From Chloroflexota bacterium (GTDB lineage Bacteria > Chloroflexota > Anaerolineae > 4572-78 > J111): a stretch of 20,220 nucleotides of DNA. Both the position numbers and the translations under genes were made by a program. Under the pieces are notes generated by a model that saw nothing but the letters and a program-made list of their open reading frames with translations, made no database searches and was not told the DNA's origin. The stretch is from positions 1 through 20,220 of the forward strand of contig JAIFLK010000258.1 in NCBI GenBank assembly GCA_020049115.1, given 5' to 3'. Below, piece by piece: positions 14,938 to 20,220 of the stretch. Each line of letters opens with the position of its first letter. Position 1 is the stretch's first letter.

Positions 14938-14967
14938 AATATGAAATTAGCTACTCATTAAAAAAAA

Positions 14968-17900
14968 TTAATACGTTCTTTGGAAAGTAACCTCAAAGGA
15001 GCTATGAAAAAGCGAAATAGCATTGGTATCACCATTTTCTTCACAGGTGCGGTTGGTGGCAAAGTCTGGGGTGATATGTTCGGCAATGTCGCTCGTGCCA
15101 CCCATTACTTGCACTTGATACGTTCCTTTGAACATGGCAAAATCAATGTGACCTGCTTCAGGCTGTCCGATCAAGTTAGTTTTAGTTTCGGTTTGTGGCG
15201 TAACAAAACCATCTGGTACGGGCGACCATTGGATTTTGATGGGTAGACCATTAATGCCTTGTCCAGAGGGGTCAATTACGTGGACAAATATATGGTGCTT
15301 GCCTTTGTTTTCGCAAGGGGTCAATTCCCGAATGCTGACCAAACGGAAATCCACATTGGGCGTGGCGGTGGCTTCAGGGGTGGGGGTGTCGGTGGGCGGA
15401 CGTGGAGTGCTGGTTTGGGGGATGGGGGTTTCTGTAGGAACACCCGTTGAGGTTGGCGTGGTGGTAGGTGTATCAACCATAGTCGGGGTACTGGTTGGGG
15501 TGGTGGTATCTGTGGGAGTTGGCGTATTGGTCGGGATGGGGGTCATGGTAGAGGTACTGGTGGCGGTTGGGGTGTCGGTTGGGGTGGGGGTTGGCGTGGT
15601 GGTGGGGGTGGTCGTCTCCACAAAGGGCAATGCAGCAGCCATGCCCGCAACCGCGCCGTCATCGCGCATTTGTTCGGCTATGGTACGGTTATCTCCTGGC
15701 AATGCGCCACCATCATTGAGCGAGGCGGCTAAAACATCCATAATGGCCCAGGGGAGCATGATACCACAGAGCCAGACAACGAATAAGATAACGAAAAGTA
15801 AACGAAATTTGGCCCCAATAGTACGTTTGGCAAACCACATAGAGACGGAAGTGCGATTGGATGGAGCGGCGGTGGCAGTGGCTTGTTTTTGTAATTTTCT
15901 ATTAGAAACGGCCTGCATTTGCGGCGCGATCTGGGGTGGGCGTTGTTCGGTAGAGATTGTACGCGGTGCAGGTTTGGCTACGGTTTCTAACGGCGGCGGG
16001 GTAGGATTAGACTGAACCACTGTTTTCTCTTTAGGTCGTCGCTTTTTGGCCGCTGTAGGCGCAACTTTAGTTGGCTCGGCGGGGCGGCGGTTAGAGCGAT
16101 TAGATGTGCCGCTAGTGGGCGCGGTGGGTTTAGAGGGGTTGCGCGGCGGAACAGGTGGCGCGACTGCGGGCATGCCTTGTGTAAATTGCGAGTGAGTGTT
16201 GGCGGGCTGAAAGGCTTGGGTGTGTTGGGAGTGAACGTTGGCGGGTGTAATAGGCTGGGTATGTTGCCCATGTACTGTTGGTTTGAGGGGCTGAGTGAGT
16301 TGCGAATGATTGACTGGCCCAGTCGGGCGGAGGGGCTGGGTGTGTTGACCATGCACGGCAGACGCGCTAGGGCGAATGGGTGGCGTATAGGCCGAAGGGG
16401 GGGACATGGGAGCCATGGGTTGGGTGAATTGGGAATGGTTGGGCGAGACGGCGGGGCTAATCCGTCGTGGTGGAGCCGATTGGGGGCGTGAGGGCGGCAT
16501 GGGGTGCAACGGTACAGGCGGATTGGCGCGCACGGGTACGGGCAAATTGCTTGGGTTGACGGGCTTAAGGCGTACGGGTGGTAGAGACAGGGCATGCCCT
16601 GTCTCTACGGGTAGCCCACGTTGACCAGAAGCGTTCCGCATACGATTCATGACCTCGTCTAACCGTTCACTTAAGAGACGGCTAAAAGTCATGGCGAGCA
16701 TGGGATAACGGCTGAGAAAGCGGTCAAAGTCATTTTTGGTCAGTACCCAAACTTCACTATCTGTAACTACTTGGGCGGTGGCGGGTTGCCCTTTGCCAGA
16801 GATGAGGCCAATTTCGCCCAGAAAGTCACCTGGCTTAAAGGTTTCTAACAACATGGCCCCTTGCGGAGTTGCTACCCAATGTTCAATTTGCCCTTTAGAA
16901 ATGAAATACATTTTATCGGCAGGTTGACCCGCTTGGTAGATGACTCCGCCTGCACGATAATAATCGGGGCGTAAATAAGAGGATAATTCATCTAATTGGG
17001 CGCGGGAGAGGCCGCCTAAAATAGCAATCTTTTGTAAGTGAGTTTCTGAGGTATAATCTTCTGCCGCCTTGAATTGAGCGCGTAAGGCTTGGCTGAGGGA
17101 GGCACTGAGTTGGGGATATTTGACCAACAGGTGGTCAAAATCAGCCCGATATAAGCCCCATAAATTGGTGTCAGCAATAGAGTAGGCGGTGAAGCCGCGA
17201 GTTTTGCCCGTGAGCAGTGCGGCCTCGCCAAAATATTCACCTTCCGTTAGGCGTGCTAGCAACTTCGTGGGGCGGCCTGGGGTTTCATCAAAAGTATCAA
17301 CCACGCCAGAGTCGATAATGTACATGGCATCGCCAGGCGCGCCTTGCGGAAAGATGATTTGCCCCGCAGGAACGTGACGTAATAAGAGTAAATTTGCCAT
17401 GTCATTGAGGGCGGCCTCGTCTAAATTGGCAAACATGCCGATTTGTTTCAGAATGGAAATAGCATGGGCTTGGTCAGCCGTATCTAAGCGGGAACTTAAG
17501 TTTTGACTTAAGTTGGTTTTAATGCTAGGGGTGGTTTCTACCAAAGCGGTAAAATCAGTTGGGCTAAGTTGCCAGATGATGGTTTCGGTGGCTGCTTGGG
17601 CGGTATAGGCATGGGGCTTGTTGGATAAAACCGCCATTTCGCCAAAGGCATCGCCTGGCATCAGTTCGGTAAAATCATTATCCAATTGGCCGAGCAATCG
17701 CACAATGCCCTGGTCAATGAAGAAAATGCCCTGCGGGGCTTCTCCGTCACGGTAAATTGTGCCGTGGGGGTAATAACGGCGCGGGATTAACCGTTGGGCG
17801 ATTTGGGCTAATTCATAGGGCGATAGATTTTGTAATAATTGTACTTGACTCAATTGCATGGTTAGCTGCGGATGATAAGGCACAATGGCGCGCTCCATCG

Positions 17901-18270
17901 CTAAACTGAGCGCGAGGCCAATTTCAAAATGCTCATCAATCACCTCGGTCATGGCGGAGGTGGTTAATGCCCAGGCGGTCACATCAGTGGTGGCTTGGGC
18001 GGCCATTGCATGGCTTTGACCTAAGAAAAAATCGGCCTCGCCTAACAAACTGCCTGAGCCTAAGTTGGCTAAAATTGTGCCATCACTGGCGACCAGTTTT
18101 ACCCAGCCTTCTTTAATCAAGTAAAGGGTATCGCTATCGCTACCGATTTGAAACAATGTTTCAGCGGGGCGATAGCTTTCCAGGCGTAACCGTTTGCCAA
18201 TAGCACGTTGAGCTTCCTCGCTCAAATGGGCAAATAGCGGACTATTTTTAATAAATTCTTCTTTCATCAT
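14968..18270 (-). CDS. Large membrane protein: four tandem cyclic-nucleotide-binding domains, Pro-rich H(S/G)Q(F/H/L)TQ repeats, one transmembrane helix, a Thr/Pro-rich linker and a Cys-pair C-terminal extracytoplasmic β-domain shared with the next two genes
   Basis: 1100-aa ORF. Four cNMP-binding modules each carry the (F/L)GE(M/A/I)(A/G)L phosphate-binding-cassette-like motif ('LGEADFFLG', 'FGEMAVLSN', 'FGEAALLTG', 'LGEIGLISG'). ~7 repeats of 'VNHSQLTQPLKPT / VHGQHTQPITPAN'. TM 'FRLLFVILFVVWLCGIMLPWAIM'. Linker 'TTTPTTTPTPTPTDTPTATSTS…'. C-terminal 'PCENKGKHHIFVHVIDPSGQGINGLPIKIQW…GHIDFAMFKGTYQVQV…NRTCEENG'. Confidence 0.7.
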   Translation of the reverse strand: MMKEEFIKNSPLFAHLSEEAQRAIGKRLRLESYRPAETLFQIGSDSDTLYLIKEGWVKLVASDGTILANLGSGSLLGEADFFLGQSHAMAAQATTDVTAWALTTSAMTEVIDEHFEIGLALSLAMERAIVPYHPQLTMQLSQVQLLQNLSPYELAQIAQRLIPRRYYPHGTIYRDGEAPQGIFFIDQGIVRLLGQLDNDFTELMPGDAFGEMAVLSNKPHAYTAQAATETIIWQLSPTDFTALVETTPSIKTNLSQNLSSRLDTADQAHAISILKQIGMFANLDEAALNDMANLLLLRHVPAGQIIFPQGAPGDAMYIIDSGVVDTFDETPGRPTKLLARLTEGEYFGEAALLTGKTRGFTAYSIADTNLWGLYRADFDHLLVKYPQLSASLSQALRAQFKAAEDYTSETHLQKIAILGGLSRAQLDELSSYLRPDYYRAGGVIYQAGQPADKMYFISKGQIEHWVATPQGAMLLETFKPGDFLGEIGLISGKGQPATAQVVTDSEVWVLTKNDFDRFLSRYPMLAMTFSRLLSERLDEVMNRMRNASGQRGLPVETGHALSLPPVRLKPVNPSNLPVPVRANPPVPLHPMPPSRPQSAPPRRISPAVSPNHSQFTQPMAPMSPPSAYTPPIRPSASAVHGQHTQPLRPTGPVNHSQLTQPLKPTVHGQHTQPITPANVHSQHTQAFQPANTHSQFTQGMPAVAPPVPPRNPSKPTAPTSGTSNRSNRRPAEPTKVAPTAAKKRRPKEKTVVQSNPTPPPLETVAKPAPRTISTEQRPPQIAPQMQAVSNRKLQKQATATAAPSNRTSVSMWFAKRTIGAKFRLLFVILFVVWLCGIMLPWAIMDVLAASLNDGGALPGDNRTIAEQMRDDGAVAGMAAALPFVETTTPTTTPTPTPTDTPTATSTSTMTPIPTNTPTPTDTTTPTSTPTMVDTPTTTPTSTGVPTETPIPQTSTPRPPTDTPTPEATATPNVDFRLVSIRELTPCENKGKHHIFVHVIDPSGQGINGLPIKIQWSPVPDGFVTPQTETKTNLIGQPEAGHIDFAMFKGTYQVQVMGGTSDIAEHITPDFATNRTCEENGDTNAISLFHSSFEVTFQRTY
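16130..16620 (-). repeat. Approximate span of the Pro-rich H(S/G)Q(F/H/L)TQ-type ~11-aa coding repeats inside the 14968..18270 gene
   Basis: Repeated 'HSQFTQ', 'HGQHTQ', 'HSQLTQ', 'HSQHTQ' in the translation. The low-complexity DNA generates spurious antisense ORFs (15987..16595, 16177..16491, 16406..16624). Coordinates are estimated, not counted. Confidence 0.4.
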
Positions 18271-18306
18271 GAGACGATTAAGACTTACGCAAAAACCAAA
18301 CCTACC

Positions 18307-18385
18307 CCCCTTAATCCCCCCGAATCGGGGGGAGATTTTGCTCCCTCTCCTACATAGGAGAGGGTTGGGGTGAGGTTTTTGCTTA
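18307..18385. promoter_or_regulatory. Two adjacent GC-rich hairpins (tcccccg-aat-cggggga, ccctctcct-acat-aggagaggg) in the 123-bp spacer between the first and second tandem paralogues
   Basis: Perfect 7-bp and 9-bp stems. T-tracts follow both on the plus strand and none on the minus strand, so they are probably not terminators for the minus-strand genes. Confidence 0.35.
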
Positions 18386-18393
18386 AGTCTTGG

Positions 18394-19446
18394 TTATTTA
18401 ACTCCTTGTTGCAGCACCAGTTGCCACGCGGGCAAACTGTTCTGGCAAAGGGGTAGATTATTTAAGGTTATTTCGGGTATAGGTGGGGTAGTTTTCATAT
18501 TAACCACTTCAACCTGATAAGTTTCAGTTAATTTCATTTGAAAATCGGCATAGCCAGGCTCTATTTCGGGCTTGAAACCCGTGAATAAATGATCTTCACC
18601 ATTCGCCCAACTTACTTTAATTTCGATGCCTGGGATACCTTGACCGAGTGTATCATGAATATAAATTCTCAGCAATCCTGTGTTAAGGTTATCGCAGACT
18701 CCTTTAGAATGTTTGACTGCTAAAGGGGCGTTTAGGTTACGGGTTGGAGTGACTTTAGGGAGAAAGGAGTAGGGCGTAGGGAGTAAGGTGGAAGTAATGG
18801 TTGGACGTAAGGTGGAAGGAGTAAGGGATAGGGTGGCAGTGACCGTTGAGGAGTAGGGTAGAGGGATTAGGGTAGAAGAAGTAAGGGCTAAGGTGGCGGT
18901 CATGGTTGGGGTGGCGCGAGTGGGGGTGTTGGTGGGGCGCGGGGTTGGAGTAATAGTCGGTGTGGTGGTAGAGGTTGGCGTGGGAGTATTGGTTGCTGTG
19001 GGTGTGGTTAAGTAAGTTGACATAAGCGGTGATACTTTGCCCAGGGCTTGGGCTAATTCAACCAGTGCAGCGATGTCTCGGATGTCTCGCTCTTGATTTA
19101 TGTATGCTTCCGTAATAATAATGATGGTTTGGTTTATATTGGGGTCAGCGACGGCGGCTAATCGAGTTTGCGCCTGGTCTAGGTGATGATTATGGGCGTA
19201 GGCCAGGGCAATGAGCCGAATATAAATGGCTTTGGCTGATGGGCGCAAATCCGCAGGTGTGACTGGGAGGGGGCGAGGGTCAAGCAGCCAACCGTAGGTG
19301 AGTGATAAAGCCAAACCCACCATAAAACCAAAAAGAAAACCGCCCACCCACCAGGCACGGTCATGGGGATTTCGGCGCGGAGTGGGCTTAGACGGTTGAA
19401 CAACTTTGGACAAAGTTTGGTTTTTTAGGGTAGAAAGTAGGGGCAA
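18394..19446 (-). CDS. Membrane-anchored paralogue: short cytoplasmic N-terminus, one TM helix, extracytoplasmic helical region, Thr/Pro-rich linker and the shared Cys-pair C-terminal β-domain
   Basis: TM 'WWVGGFLFGFMVGLALSLTYGWLL'. Linker 'TTPTATNTPTPTSTTTPTITPTPRPTNTPTRATPT…'. C-terminal 'GVCDNLNTGLLRIYIHDTLGQGIPGIEIKVSW…GYADFQMKLTETYQVEV…NNLPLCQNS' aligns with the C-termini of the 14968..18270 and 19520.. genes. Confidence 0.65.
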   Translation of the reverse strand: MPLLSTLKNQTLSKVVQPSKPTPRRNPHDRAWWVGGFLFGFMVGLALSLTYGWLLDPRPLPVTPADLRPSAKAIYIRLIALAYAHNHHLDQAQTRLAAVADPNINQTIIIITEAYINQERDIRDIAALVELAQALGKVSPLMSTYLTTPTATNTPTPTSTTTPTITPTPRPTNTPTRATPTMTATLALTSSTLIPLPYSSTVTATLSLTPSTLRPTITSTLLPTPYSFLPKVTPTRNLNAPLAVKHSKGVCDNLNTGLLRIYIHDTLGQGIPGIEIKVSWANGEDHLFTGFKPEIEPGYADFQMKLTETYQVEVVNMKTTPPIPEITLNNLPLCQNSLPAWQLVLQQGVK

Positions 19447-19519
19447 TGCCTTGTGCTTGCCCCCATTGTGGGTAGGGACAAGCCCTACCCCTACTATCTA
19501 CTTTCTACCTTCTACCATT

Positions 19520-20220
19520 TTAATGAGTTTTTTGTAAGGTTAATTCGTAGGCGTAATGTCCACGACATAAGGAATTACTGCTTTTACGACGGAGGCAATC
19601 ATCCATGTCTAAACAATAGTTAGCCTCAATCAGCCATTCATTCGGAATGTCTTCATCCCAGGTGCTAAGTTTATCACTCACTTGGCTGGTGGCAGGTGCG
19701 CCTCCAACATCACTGGTCACATGGAGGGCGTAGCCATTTTTATACATGTCATATTCTAGCTTCCCTGGCCCCTTTTCACCACTCACATGGGGCGGCACGG
19801 CCTGGTCACTATCTTCAACCGTTACACCGTCTAACGGATTGCCATTAACATCAAGCACCGTTACGAAAATTTGATGTGCGCCAGGACATTGACCGTAATC
19901 AGGATTACGAACCATTTTTTGATGAGTGACCACAAAATCAAACGCGGGTTTAGGTGGCTCAGGCGTGGCCGTAGGTTCAGGGGTATTCGTGGGTGGTTGC
20001 GGGACGGGTGTATCAACGGGAACAGGGGTTTCAGTATCTTCAGGCGTGGTCGTTGCTTCAGCGGTTGCAGTCTCTGTAGGTGTGGCGGTTTCGGCGGGAA
20101 TGGGGGTATCAGTCGGCAATTGAATGGGTGTGGAGGTGTTGGTTGGGACGGGAGTCGCGGTGGCAGCAGGAGTATGGGTCGGGGCGGCGGTGGGTGTGGG
20201 TGAAGCCAACATGGCTACCA
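19520..20220 (-). CDS. Third paralogue, 5'-truncated by the window end: Thr/Pro-rich linker plus the shared C-terminal Cys-containing β-domain
   Basis: The ORF runs to the window edge, so the Met at 20212 is probably internal. Linker 'PTPTAAPTHTPAATATPVPTNTSTP…'. C-terminal 'GQCPGAHQIFVTVLDVNGNPLDGVTVED…GKLEYDMYKNGYALHV…NYCLDMDDCLRRKSSNSLCRGHY'. Confidence 0.6.
   Translation of the reverse strand, partial: VAMLASPTPTAAPTHTPAATATPVPTNTSTPIQLPTDTPIPAETATPTETATAEATTTPEDTETPVPVDTPVPQPPTNTPEPTATPEPPKPAFDFVVTHQKMVRNPDYGQCPGAHQIFVTVLDVNGNPLDGVTVEDSDQAVPPHVSGEKGPGKLEYDMYKNGYALHVTSDVGGAPATSQVSDKLSTWDEDIPNEWLIEANYCLDMDDCLRRKSSNSLCRGHYAYELTLQKTH

Noticed and set aside
15236-16624. ORFs 15236..16015 (+), 15987..16595 (-), 16177..16491 (+) and 16406..16624 (+), which overlap the 1100-aa gene
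   Set aside because: They overlap the Thr/Pro linker and the Pro-rich HSQFTQ repeat coding regions. The compositionally biased Gly/Val or Pro/Arg translations are typical shadow ORFs. The long frame with recognisable cNMP-binding domains is the real gene.
19871-20203. ORFs 19871..20203 (+) and 19926..20123 (+), which are Gly/Arg/Cys-rich
   Set aside because: They are antisense to the Thr/Pro-linker region of the third paralogue, a repeat-DNA artefact.

Overview
This 20.2-kb window looks like a bacterial chromosomal accessory region, with roughly balanced GC. The Thr/Pro-rich linkers and the Uma2-family and Rpn/DUF4351 genes suggest a cyanobacterial or Chloroflexota-like host, but this cannot be confirmed without a search. 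It holds about 15 protein-coding genes, one tRNA-Leu(GAG) with a consensus promoter and flanking terminators, and unusually repeat-dense intergenic spacers. Reading left to right, the genes on the minus strand are a secreted Thr/Pro-linker protein (CBM9-like plus DNRLRE-like domains), a DUF4236+TPR protein, a short bacterial major-vault-protein (MVP) homologue and an Rpn/DUF4351 nuclease. On the plus strand come a histidine phosphatase, a PF00756-type esterase, a DUF4397 secreted protein and an endonuclease-like/Tudor-like hypothetical. Next is a xanthine-dehydrogenase-family molybdoenzyme locus. Its FAD-binding and [2Fe-2S] subunits form one fused gene that is split by an exact 29-bp tandem duplication, and a Uma2 endonuclease gene sits between it and the molybdopterin subunit. 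After the tRNA-Leu come three tandem minus-strand paralogues with an intracellular part, a transmembrane helix, a Thr/Pro linker and a shared Cys-pair C-terminal domain. The first of these carries four cyclic-nucleotide-binding domains and Pro-rich H(S/G)Q(F/H/L)TQ repeats. Intergenic regions hold at least seven copies of a ~33-bp hairpin family with a TTATAAGG…CCTTATAA core. They also hold a GCGAGTCAGC-type palindromic repeat family and a small MITE-like element with terminal inverted repeats plus a degenerate second copy. The strongest candidates for new biology are the MVP homologue with its DUF4236/TPR neighbour, the duplication-disrupted fused dehydrogenase gene, and the cNMP-sensing paralogue cluster. 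All protein-family assignments rest on motif recognition by eye and need HMM or structure confirmation.
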